Source of the DNA: Acholeplasmataceae bacterium | GTDB lineage: Bacteria; Bacillota_I; Bacilli_A; Acholeplasmatales; Acholeplasmataceae | Direction: 5' to 3' | Length of the DNA: 24,000 bases | Assembly (NCBI GenBank): GCA_049439405.1 | Contig: JBMTKL010000001.1 | Location: 14,426 to 38,425, forward strand | In this document: in pieces, positions 8,149 to 16,409 of the stretch | Layout: each line of letters begins with the position of its first letter | Numbering within the stretch: position 1 is the first letter of the stretch | The notes under the pieces: generated by a model | Databases searched by the model: none | The model's input: only the letters and a program-made list of their open reading frames with translations | Told to the model about the DNA's origin: nothing | Position numbers and translations under genes: made by a program

Positions 8149-9011
8149 ACTGCTACTTTTCCTTGAATTCGTGGATGTGATTGATACTCTAATACTTTAA
8201 TATCATCAAAAGTAAAATCTTCAAGATGTTTTATGTTTGGATTAAGCCATAATTTTGGAAGAGGCATAGGTTTTCTTGACAGTTGTAATTGAACTTGTTC
8301 AAGGTGATTATGATAAATATGTGCATCACCAATTGTATGTACAAATTCTCCAACATCATAACCAGTTACATGAGCAACCATTGCGAGCAGTAAAGCATAG
8401 GAAGCGATATTAAATGGAATACCTAAAAACACATCACCACTTCTTTGATAGAGTTGAAGTGATAATTGATTATTGTTTATATAAAATTGTATTAACGTGT
8501 GGCACGGTGGTAAAGCCATATCTGAAATCTCAGCTGGATTCCAAGCAGACAAAATCATCCGCCTCGAATCTGGTCGATGTTTGATTAAATCTAATATGTA
8601 GCTTAATTGGTCTACACCGTTAAAATTTCTCCACTGTGCACCATATACAGGACCTAAATCACCATGTTTTTCGGCAAAAGACGTATCAGACTTAATTTTT
8701 TCAGCAAATTCTTTGATTGTTTCACCTTGAAAATCATCACTTTTTTTATAAGTTTCATAAGGCCAATCATTCCAGATATTAACATCATGATCCACTAAAT
8801 ATTTTATATTGGTATCACCTTTGATAAACCATAGCAATTCATGAATAATCGCTTTATAATATACTTTTTTTGTGGTGACAAGTGGAAATCCATCTTTAAG
8901 TGGGAAACGCATTTGATAACCGAAAAGAGACCGTGTCCCAGTTCCGGTACGGTCTTCTTTATCTTTACCTTGTTTTAATATTGTTTCTATGAGTTCAAGA
9001 TACTTTTTCAT
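8145..9011 (-). CDS. thyA: Thymidylate synthase
   Basis: 288 aa. [53 protein letters not shown] and HIYHNHLEQ. Confidence 0.98.
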   Translation of the reverse strand: MKKYLELIETILKQGKDKEDRTGTGTRSLFGYQMRFPLKDGFPLVTTKKVYYKAIIHELLWFIKGDTNIKYLVDHDVNIWNDWPYETYKKSDDFQGETIKEFAEKIKSDTSFAEKHGDLGPVYGAQWRNFNGVDQLSYILDLIKHRPDSRRMILSAWNPAEISDMALPPCHTLIQFYINNNQLSLQLYQRSGDVFLGIPFNIASYALLLAMVAHVTGYDVGEFVHTIGDAHIYHNHLEQVQLQLSRKPMPLPKLWLNPNIKHLEDFTFDDIKVLEYQSHPRIQGKVAV

Positions 9012-10378
9012 TGGGTCGCCAATCTATAAAGATCATCTGTATAAATGATTGTTGCAGTAATTAAATGATCAATATTAATGAACTCTTCTGGTTGATGTAT
9101 ATTTGATGGTGTATTCAAAAAATGTGCTCCAAATGCAACAACATTTGGCATTGCTCTAGCAAATGTACCTCCACCTATGGAGAATGGTTTTGAATCGGTA
9201 TCACCAGTATGTTCTTGATACACGCTAAGTAAAGTTTGTACTAATGGGCTTTTTGGATTATTATAAATAATCGCTTTATGATGATCAACACTTACATAAG
9301 TGTCCCCGAAACATTGCTTAATTTGATTGACAACATCCTCAAATTCAATACCAAAAGGATAACGATAGTTTAAATAAATGAGTGCTTCACCATGCTCAAT
9401 ATTAATTACACCAACATTAGCAGTCGTTGGTCCCATTTCTTCATCTTCATGATATATATTCATTTTTTTACCATACAAATCATCATATAAAAACTTATTA
9501 TACTTTAAAGTAAATGTAGATTGCTCATGATCGATTAAAAACTTCATCATCAAATCAATTGCATTCACACCTTCGTGTGGAAGTGAACCATGAGCACTTT
9601 TACCATGTACAGTTAACACAACTAAATCCTCTTTTTGTTCGATGTCACCTTTGAGATGATGATCAGATAGATATTGACCAAATAAGGTTTGATAGTCTTT
9701 TGAAGCTTTCAGTGCAACTTTAGCAAAATCAGGTACCATATTATCTCTAAAACCACCTGTCATTGATACAATGTCAGAATCAGTAACAGGAACTCTAATA
9801 TTAATTCTTGATATACCTTTTTCTGCATAAATTAAAGGGAAATCAGCATCAGGAATAAAGCCACTAACAGGTGACTCAGGAAATTTCTTGAAATAATACT
9901 CTACACCTCTCCAACCTGTTTCCTCGTCTGTACCTAATATGAGTTTGATTGCGTGCTTTAATTCTACACCTAACTCTTTTAATATTTTCATTGCATAATA
10001 GACAGCGATCGTAGGACCTTTATCATCTTGAGTTCCACGGCCATACATAAGATTTTCAATAATTTCTGCTCCATATGGATCATGTTCCCAACCATTCCCA
10101 GCTGGGACTACATCTAAATGACCAATACTTCCAACAAATGTTTTTTGAGACCCTAAAATAATATGGCCTGCATATCCATCAACATTTAAGGTTTCAAATC
10201 CATCTTTTTTTGCAAGTGATAAAAACCATTCTAGTGTTTCTTGTATAGGCTCTCCAAATGGTGCTTGTGATCTTGTTGGATCATAACTAGTCAGTTCTGA
10301 TTTAAAACGAATTAACGTTTGCAAATCAGCAACCATGTCCACTTTTCTTTTTAATACTTCTTCTTTAAAATTTATCAT
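9008..10378 (-). CDS. pepV: M20 family dipeptidase PepV
   Basis: 456 aa. [54 protein letters not shown] and [10 protein letters not shown]. Confidence 0.93.
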   Translation of the reverse strand: MINFKEEVLKRKVDMVADLQTLIRFKSELTSYDPTRSQAPFGEPIQETLEWFLSLAKKDGFETLNVDGYAGHIILGSQKTFVGSIGHLDVVPAGNGWEHDPYGAEIIENLMYGRGTQDDKGPTIAVYYAMKILKELGVELKHAIKLILGTDEETGWRGVEYYFKKFPESPVSGFIPDADFPLIYAEKGISRINIRVPVTDSDIVSMTGGFRDNMVPDFAKVALKASKDYQTLFGQYLSDHHLKGDIEQKEDLVVLTVHGKSAHGSLPHEGVNAIDLMMKFLIDHEQSTFTLKYNKFLYDDLYGKKMNIYHEDEEMGPTTANVGVINIEHGEALIYLNYRYPFGIEFEDVVNQIKQCFGDTYVSVDHHKAIIYNNPKSPLVQTLLSVYQEHTGDTDSKPFSIGGGTFARAMPNVVAFGAHFLNTPSNIHQPEEFINIDHLITATIIYTDDLYRLATQ

Positions 10379-10402
10379 GATTAAGCTCCTTCATTATATG
10401 AC

Positions 10403-10411
10403 ATTATAGCA
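10403..10411 (-). promoter_or_regulatory. Extended -10 promoter (TGCTATAAT) for the pepV-thyA-dfrA-plsC operon
   Basis: Minus strand GATTATGCTATAATG ends 24 nt before the pepV ATG. Four tightly packed genes follow. Confidence 0.6.
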
Positions 10412-10427
10412 TAATCAAATGATTTTT

Positions 10428-10778
10428 TTAAGTGTTTTTATCTTCCTTTAAGCTACTTTCTTTCGTGTCTTTTAAATAACTGATTCGTTCTGCAACGACT
10501 TCAATCATCGTATAGCTTTTGCTTTCTATTTCTTTTTTATAGGATTGGATTCTTCCTTTAAGTGCGATCATTGTCCCTTTTTGACAATAAGGTTCAATTA
10601 AAGTTGATAGACCTTCCCAAACACTACATTTTACAAAATCTGTATCATATTGACCATCAACATTTTTATAAGGTCTTTGAACAGCTAGAAATAATGTAGA
10701 TACTTTTCTCCCGTCTTCTAAAATATGCGTTTCTAAATCTTTTGTTAATCGACCGACTAAGACAACTTGATTCAGCAT
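10428..10778 (-). CDS. ssb: Single-stranded DNA-binding protein (short, SsbB-like), start corrected to 10778
   Basis: MLNQVVLVGRLTKDLETHILEDGRKVSTLFLAVQRPYKNVDGQYDTDFVKCSVWEG. AAAAAAGGAGG lies 5 nt before the ATG at 10778. The upstream extension to 10937 crosses a promoter and a terminator. Confidence 0.92.
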   Translation of the reverse strand: MLNQVVLVGRLTKDLETHILEDGRKVSTLFLAVQRPYKNVDGQYDTDFVKCSVWEGLSTLIEPYCQKGTMIALKGRIQSYKKEIESKSYTMIEVVAERISYLKDTKESSLKEDKNT

Positions 10779-10799
10779 ATATGCCTCCTTTTTTGAAAC

Positions 10800-10828
10800 A
10801 TTAAAACACAATGCTTCATAATCGACAA
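10800..10828 (-). promoter_or_regulatory. Candidate promoter for ssb (TTGTCG, 17-nt spacer, TTTAAT)
   Basis: Correctly spaced hexamers on the minus strand upstream of the AAGGAGG/ATG at 10778. Confidence 0.5.
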
Positions 10829-10871
10829 ATGTATGTTTAAGAGTTGAAAGATGACATACGGCGAACTTATA

Positions 10872-10908
10872 TAAAAAAAGAGAAGAAAAATACGTATTTT
10901 CTTCTCTT
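10872..10908 (-). terminator. Intrinsic terminator downstream of the M16 peptidase operon
   Basis: Near-perfect 15-bp inverted repeat (AAGAGAAGAAAATAC/GTATTTTTCTTCTCTT, one bulge). On the minus strand a T7 tract follows it. Confidence 0.85.
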
Positions 10909-10946
10909 ATATATTGCATTAATGCTATTTTAATCATAAATAACGT

Positions 10947-12215
10947 TTATTTTGTAGGAGTTAAAATAAGTGTGGAAGTATCACAATCTTTTAATCGCTG
11001 ATACATGGTCTTTATATCTTCATAATTTAATTCATTTTTCGCATCTAAAACGTCAAACAAATCAAGACCTTCTAGCTCGTATTGTGCGAACAATTCAATC
11101 TTTTGTTCTTGATGATCCAACATTTCGATTTGATTTGCGAGACTGACGCGTTTAAACCGCTCAAATGATTCATGACTAATGTGGAATTCTATTTGCAATT
11201 TAAATACATCATTGATCGCTGTCATCAATAATTCAGGAGCATCTGTTTCAGCATAAATGACGACTGCTTCTGCACCATTCAGTCTTTCTACATGATAATA
11301 TAATTCTTTTTTTACCAATTGTTGATCAAGGAAAGCTTGTGATAAAGTACTTGAAGAGCCAAATAAACCATGGAGAAGCATAAATAATGCTGACATTTCT
11401 TTTTCATAGTTAAGACCATTGGATAGACCGCTAAGCTTAATTCCATACATTAACATTTGATGTGTGATGTCTTCTTCAAGCACTTGATGCTTGATTGGAC
11501 ATGTTGATGGTTCAACGATGTCTATAAATTTAGGATTTAACGAACTTTTTTTTCTATGTTCTAACGTATCTAAATATTGATCTAATGACTTGATATCGAT
11601 ATTTCCTGAAATCAGAAGTAACCTTTGATGATCTTGATAAAAATGTTGATGAACATCAGTAAGTAATTCTTTTGTAATCGTTGCAATCGTATCTTTTGTA
11701 CCTAAGATATCTGTTTTAATTGGATGGTTATGATACATATTTTGTCTTAAATGTCTGAATATTTTTGTATATAATCGATCATTATTCATTTGTATTTCTT
11801 CATTGATGATGTCGCGTTCTTTTAAAACATTTTCATCAGTAAAATAAGGTGTATCCACTGTTTCTAATAATAAGTCAATGCCTTCAAAGACATGTGACGT
11901 TGCACTAAAAATATACTGTGTCATCTCATATCCAGTCATCGCATTGGCATCTAGTCCTAGTGACACAAATTGAGTAAACATATCCCCTGCTTCTGATGCA
12001 TAGATTTTATGTTCAAAAAAATGTGCAATACCTTCTGGTAGATGCTTTATTTCATGATTGAGATGATAGGAAAGATGTCTAGCAGCAAAGGGAAACATTA
12101 AAGATACATGCGTTGTGTATGAAGGTACTTTAGGCATAGCAATGACTTTCATTCCACTTTTCAATGTTCTTCTGTAATAGGTTTCTTGATATTTCTGATT
12201 CGTTATTTTATTCAT
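10947..12215 (-). CDS. M16 family zinc metallopeptidase (YmfH/YfmH-like, with catalytic motif)
   Basis: 422 aa. HxxEH motif in LPEGIAHFFEHKIY and downstream E in NVLKERDIINEEIQMNND. Paired with the ORF at 12208..13416. Confidence 0.88.
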   Translation of the reverse strand: MNKITNQKYQETYYRRTLKSGMKVIAMPKVPSYTTHVSLMFPFAARHLSYHLNHEIKHLPEGIAHFFEHKIYASEAGDMFTQFVSLGLDANAMTGYEMTQYIFSATSHVFEGIDLLLETVDTPYFTDENVLKERDIINEEIQMNNDRLYTKIFRHLRQNMYHNHPIKTDILGTKDTIATITKELLTDVHQHFYQDHQRLLLISGNIDIKSLDQYLDTLEHRKKSSLNPKFIDIVEPSTCPIKHQVLEEDITHQMLMYGIKLSGLSNGLNYEKEMSALFMLLHGLFGSSSTLSQAFLDQQLVKKELYYHVERLNGAEAVVIYAETDAPELLMTAINDVFKLQIEFHISHESFERFKRVSLANQIEMLDHQEQKIELFAQYELEGLDLFDVLDAKNELNYEDIKTMYQRLKDCDTSTLILTPTK

Positions 12216-13416
12216 GATTTTTTCCTACAACACGATGTTCTAATATGAGTGATAGTTGATTCGCCACGCGATTAATATCTGTTTTTGTTACCGATTGAAT
12301 ATCTTTTAAGCGTTGATTCAAGTCATACGGTCTGTTATAAATTGTTTCTCTAAATGCCCGTTTTATGTAAATGTTTTGTTCATCTAAATTAGAAGTGATC
12401 ATATGAATGAATGATTGTTTTGCATCATGAAGCTCTTTGTCAGTGATGGTTTCAGTCATGGATGAAACAACTTTTTTAATCGATTTAATCGATTTTTCTT
12501 GTGATTGTATATCGACACCTGTAATGACTGTGAGCAGACCTTTTTCGTCATCATACTGCGCTGTAACCATATAGCACAATCCTTGCTCTTCTCTGACAAT
12601 TCTAAATAGTCTAGAGTCTCCATGAGTACCCAAAATCATCGTCATTAACTGTGCAGCTGCATGATCTTTTTCACCAAGAAACACAGGGAAATGATACCCT
12701 AAGTGGATAATCGCTTGTTCCATCTTCAAATACAAAATGTCTTGTTGTAGTTTTTGTAACTCAATTGCAGTATGTTTAACGCTAAATGATTGATGTAAAA
12801 AAGGATCTAGATCATGACTTAATTGTGTTTTCTCTTCGTCTGTTAAAGGACCTGTTGCATATGCAATGCGTTGTCCATGTAAAAAATGCTTCGTATAAAA
12901 TTGTCTCACATCATCTAAAGTTAGCGATTCTAAATCTTTGATTTGATCGTCTAATGGATAATGCTCAGGATGATGTGCTAATATTTTTTCTTTATACTTA
13001 ATGTGTGCATACTGCATTTTGTGATTTTCTAATGTTCGATATTGATGAAGTAGTATTCTTTTTTCTTGTTCAAATAGTGTTACATCAATAAACGTTTGTT
13101 CAAAGATATTGTGGATAGCAAACGACAATACTTCTTTTAATAATTGATGTTCATTGACCATTTTTCCAGAAATCAAGCGAATGGTAGATGTAAAAAGTGC
13201 TTGATTTCCAAGCACTCCTGAAGAGGTATTCACTGTGGCTCCAAAAAGCGTTTCTAACGTTCCAACAAAAAGTTTTTTGTTTGGGTATTTTGGACTACTT
13301 ATTTTCATTAATCGACTCATCATGGTCGATGCCATCACGTGAGCTTTCTGGTATGTAACTGCAGTGTATATTTTGATGCTAATTGTTTTGAATGTATCTT
13401 CAAATATACGAATCAT
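12208..13416 (-). CDS. M16 family peptidase-like protein (YmfF/YfmF-like, no HxxEH)
   Basis: 402 aa. M16-like C-terminus GDSRLFRIVREEQGLCYMVTAQYDDEKGLLTVITGVD. The N-terminal half lacks a zinc motif. Overlaps the catalytic partner gene. Confidence 0.85.
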   Translation of the reverse strand: MIRIFEDTFKTISIKIYTAVTYQKAHVMASTMMSRLMKISSPKYPNKKLFVGTLETLFGATVNTSSGVLGNQALFTSTIRLISGKMVNEHQLLKEVLSFAIHNIFEQTFIDVTLFEQEKRILLHQYRTLENHKMQYAHIKYKEKILAHHPEHYPLDDQIKDLESLTLDDVRQFYTKHFLHGQRIAYATGPLTDEEKTQLSHDLDPFLHQSFSVKHTAIELQKLQQDILYLKMEQAIIHLGYHFPVFLGEKDHAAAQLMTMILGTHGDSRLFRIVREEQGLCYMVTAQYDDEKGLLTVITGVDIQSQEKSIKSIKKVVSSMTETITDKELHDAKQSFIHMITSNLDEQNIYIKRAFRETIYNRPYDLNQRLKDIQSVTKTDINRVANQLSLILEHRVVGKNHE

Positions 13417-14120
13417 ATACTATGTAAAGCAATCTCCATCATTTTTGTAAAAGCTGTTTGTCTTTCTTCTGGCGTCGTTAATTCATGTGTTACCAGTGAA
13501 TCAGAGACTGTGAGCAAGCAAGCTGCTTTTTTACCCAGAGCTTTAGCATTCGCAAATAACGCATAAGATTCCATTTCAACAGCAACAGCATGGTGTTTAT
13601 TGAATATCTCTTTATATTCATCACCATTTAACCGGTAAAAGACATCTGATGAATGAATAACTGCCTCTGTTAATGCATAGTTTAATTTTTGTGCTGCTTT
13701 TTTAAGTTTTCGATTGACCGTAGGCGTTGCTGCTAGTGTTTTTCTGTTAGATACACCCATTGTTTTCGCGAAACTAGATTCTGAAAAAGATGATTTTGCT
13801 AATATCACATCATAGAGCTTTAAATTAGGATCATATGCACCACATGATCCGATTCTAATAATTGTTTCAACATCATAAAACTTAAATAGTTCATAAGAAT
13901 AAATACCAATCGAAGGCATACCCATCCCAGATCCAAATACAGTAACTTTTTTACCATTAAAAAAGCCTGTATAGCCAAACATATTTCTTACAGCATTGAT
14001 TTGTTTAGCATCCGTTAAAAAAGTTTCTGCAATAAACTTGGCTCTTAGTGGATCACCAGGCATTAATACAATTGGAGAGATATCTTCTTTTCTACTATTA
14101 ATATGCGGTGTTGCCATCAT
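13413..14120 (-). CDS. deoD: Purine-nucleoside phosphorylase, DeoD type
   Basis: 235 aa. MATPHINSRKEDISPIVLMPGDPLRAKFIAETFL, VTVFGSGMGMPSIGIYSYELF and VEMESYALFANA. Confidence 0.97.
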   Translation of the reverse strand: MMATPHINSRKEDISPIVLMPGDPLRAKFIAETFLTDAKQINAVRNMFGYTGFFNGKKVTVFGSGMGMPSIGIYSYELFKFYDVETIIRIGSCGAYDPNLKLYDVILAKSSFSESSFAKTMGVSNRKTLAATPTVNRKLKKAAQKLNYALTEAVIHSSDVFYRLNGDEYKEIFNKHHAVAVEMESYALFANAKALGKKAACLLTVSDSLVTHELTTPEERQTAFTKMMEIALHSI

Positions 14121-14769
14121 ATTCCTCCTTATTAATCAGTGAAACGCCTCTTGATGTTCCAAGTCTCGTTGCACCTGCCTTAATCATTGCTAAGGCATCA
14201 TTCAAATCTCTAATACCACCTGATGCTTTCACTTCCAGTGCATCTCCTACTGTAGATTTCATGAGTTTAACATCTTCAATCGTTGCGCCACCACTTCCAA
14301 AACCAGTCGATGTTTTAACAAAATGAGCACCAGCTTTCATCGCCATTTGACATGCAAATATGATTTGTTCATGATTTAAGTAACATGTTTCTAAAATGAC
14401 TTTCACTGTTTTTCCTTCAGCAGATTCAACAACGGTACGAATGTCTTTGTACGTATGTACGTCATCAAATGCTAAGACATGAGCAACATTGATGACCATA
14501 TCAATTTCATCAGCACCATTTTTAATTGCTTCTCTCGTTTCAAAAGCTTTTGTCTCAGGCGTGTGCGTGCCATGAGGAAATCCAACAACTGTACACGTTA
14601 AAACGTTTGTACCTTTGAGTGCTTCTGAGACGTACGTTACGAAATGCGGATTCACACACAAACTCTTAAACTGATATTTCTTTCCTTCTTCAATGAGCTG
14701 ATCAATGTCTTTTCTGGTCACTGTGGGTCCAAGTTTTGTATGATCAATCATGCGGTGTAATGTATTCAT
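14098..14769 (-). CDS. deoC: Deoxyribose-phosphate aldolase
   Basis: 223 aa. IDHTKLGPTVTRKDI, SLCVNPHFV, VVGFPHG, EIDMVINV, VKTSTGFGSGGAT and KASGGIRD. Confidence 0.98.
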   Translation of the reverse strand: MNTLHRMIDHTKLGPTVTRKDIDQLIEEGKKYQFKSLCVNPHFVTYVSEALKGTNVLTCTVVGFPHGTHTPETKAFETREAIKNGADEIDMVINVAHVLAFDDVHTYKDIRTVVESAEGKTVKVILETCYLNHEQIIFACQMAMKAGAHFVKTSTGFGSGGATIEDVKLMKSTVGDALEVKASGGIRDLNDALAMIKAGATRLGTSRGVSLINKEEYDGNTAY

Positions 14770-14775
14770 AGTTAC

Positions 14776-15642
14776 CTAACTTTCTATATCCATTAATGCA
14801 TTCAAAGGTATTCTTTTTCCTTCATTACATAATGCTTTTAATCCATGAGCTTTTTTTAATACTTTTATTGCTTTTGGTAATAATTTTTTTGGAATCACTT
14901 TCGTACCTTCAATGGTTCCTGGTACTTTCACTGTATATTTGTCAATGAGCATTTCAATATCTAAATAATGAATGATTTTTACCGTGTCAACAATATGAAA
15001 ATAACATACATTGACAAACGGAGGAATGACTGCAGGTTGATTGTCATACCAATGAAATCCAATATGTAAGTGGTCGTGACATTTTGTCAGTTCATAACCA
15101 GAAACAAAAGTATCCACATCATCGTAATAGTCTTTTAAATCCATAAGGTCATCAGAATATTTGAATATATGAAATAAAATGTGCTGTTCAATGACTTCAA
15201 AAGGTTCCAAAAGCGACATATCTTTTCTGATTGAAGCCTCTTTTACCATTTTAAATACTTGATTTAAAACATCGTATTGATAGGATAAAACATCTTCAAA
15301 TAATGGATGATAAATGTATAAATGAAATTTTCTTGAAAACGCTTCAATAAACTTAAAAAATTGATTTGCCATATAACTTGACGTCATAAGTGGCATATCA
15401 AAATGAACATTTATATCCAAATATTTCGGACTTAACCTGTAAATATCAGGAACAGTGGTTTTTGGCGTAATCATGAATAAACATTTCAAATGAAGTGTCT
15501 TATGCTCAAAAATAAAACGTGCATTCGTTTCATCAGCATCCACAGAAAACCCTAATTCATACTGAAAAAAAGCAAAAATTGCTTCAATATCAATCGTTTG
15601 ATTATTTTCTTTGAAAAAATGCACTCTAAATTGTGACATCAT
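14776..15642 (-). CDS. Uncharacterised 288-aa protein between surE and deoC
   Basis: Long minus-strand ORF with GAGAGG Shine-Dalgarno, fitted into the operon 6 nt before deoC. No domain recognised. Confidence 0.85.
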   Translation of the reverse strand: MMSQFRVHFFKENNQTIDIEAIFAFFQYELGFSVDADETNARFIFEHKTLHLKCLFMITPKTTVPDIYRLSPKYLDINVHFDMPLMTSSYMANQFFKFIEAFSRKFHLYIYHPLFEDVLSYQYDVLNQVFKMVKEASIRKDMSLLEPFEVIEQHILFHIFKYSDDLMDLKDYYDDVDTFVSGYELTKCHDHLHIGFHWYDNQPAVIPPFVNVCYFHIVDTVKIIHYLDIEMLIDKYTVKVPGTIEGTKVIPKKLLPKAIKVLKKAHGLKALCNEGKRIPLNALMDIES

Positions 15643-15654
15643 AACCTCTCATTC

Positions 15655-15663
15655 ATTATACCA
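15655..15663 (-). promoter_or_regulatory. Possible internal extended -10 promoter (TGGTATAAT)
   Basis: Minus strand AATGGTATAAT in the 26-nt surE to unknown-gene gap, 12 nt before the ATG. No clear -35. Confidence 0.4.
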
Positions 15664-15668
15664 TTAAA

Positions 15669-16409
15669 CTACGTTTTTGTAGCAGTCATGAAGTGTTTAA
15701 TTGCATCATAATCGGTCGTGTCAAAACGTAAAGGTGTGATCGAAATAAATCCATCGTTCGTAGCTTGCACATCACTATTTTCATCTTCAATATAATGTTT
15801 AGCAGAATAATTAGGAACAAACATGTGCATATCTTTAGATGGCATGAAATCAGAGTATTGATGTCTTTTACCTAATTTAGTGATTTTAACGCCAACCGGT
15901 TTCTGATATTTCACATGCGGAAAATTAATATTTAAAATGTGTGATCCTACATAAATTTTTGATTCAAAAATTTCATCAAACAATTTAACTGTTTCATCGT
16001 ATAAATAATCTAGATGCGGATTCGCTGCACTGACAGCTATCGCAGGAATATCTTTAAATTTTGCTTCTCTTGCCGCACCAACAGTACCTGAATAAAAAAC
16101 ATCAGTCGCTATGTTATGTCCGTAATTGATCCCTGAAACACATAAGTCAAAGTCAACATTAAAAGCTTTTAATCCGATAGACACACAATCAGAAGGTGTT
16201 CCATCAACTGCAATGGTAGATTTAGAACCAACAATAGGATCAGGATAAAATATATGTATATTTTTTCGAATCGATATCGCCATCGACTTTCCACTTTGAC
16301 CCGTTTCAGGTGCAGCAACATAAACATTACCAAAGATAGCTAAAGCTTTGACTAATGTATGCAACCCTGAGGCTTGATATCCGTCATCATTGACAACTAA
16401 TATATTCAT
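15669..16409 (-). CDS. surE: 5'/3'-nucleotidase SurE
   Basis: 246 aa. MNILVVNDDGYQASGLHTLVKAL, VAAPETGQSGKSMAIS, GTPSDCVSIG and SGINYGHNIATDVFYSGTVGAAREA. Confidence 0.97.
   Translation of the reverse strand: MNILVVNDDGYQASGLHTLVKALAIFGNVYVAAPETGQSGKSMAISIRKNIHIFYPDPIVGSKSTIAVDGTPSDCVSIGLKAFNVDFDLCVSGINYGHNIATDVFYSGTVGAAREAKFKDIPAIAVSAANPHLDYLYDETVKLFDEIFESKIYVGSHILNINFPHVKYQKPVGVKITKLGKRHQYSDFMPSKDMHMFVPNYSAKHYIEDENSDVQATNDGFISITPLRFDTTDYDAIKHFMTATKT

Noticed and set aside
10779-10937. N-terminal extension of the ssb ORF
   Set aside because: It spans an intrinsic terminator and a candidate promoter. A perfect AAGGAGG lies just upstream of ATG 10778, and SSB family proteins begin at MLNQVVLVGRLTK.
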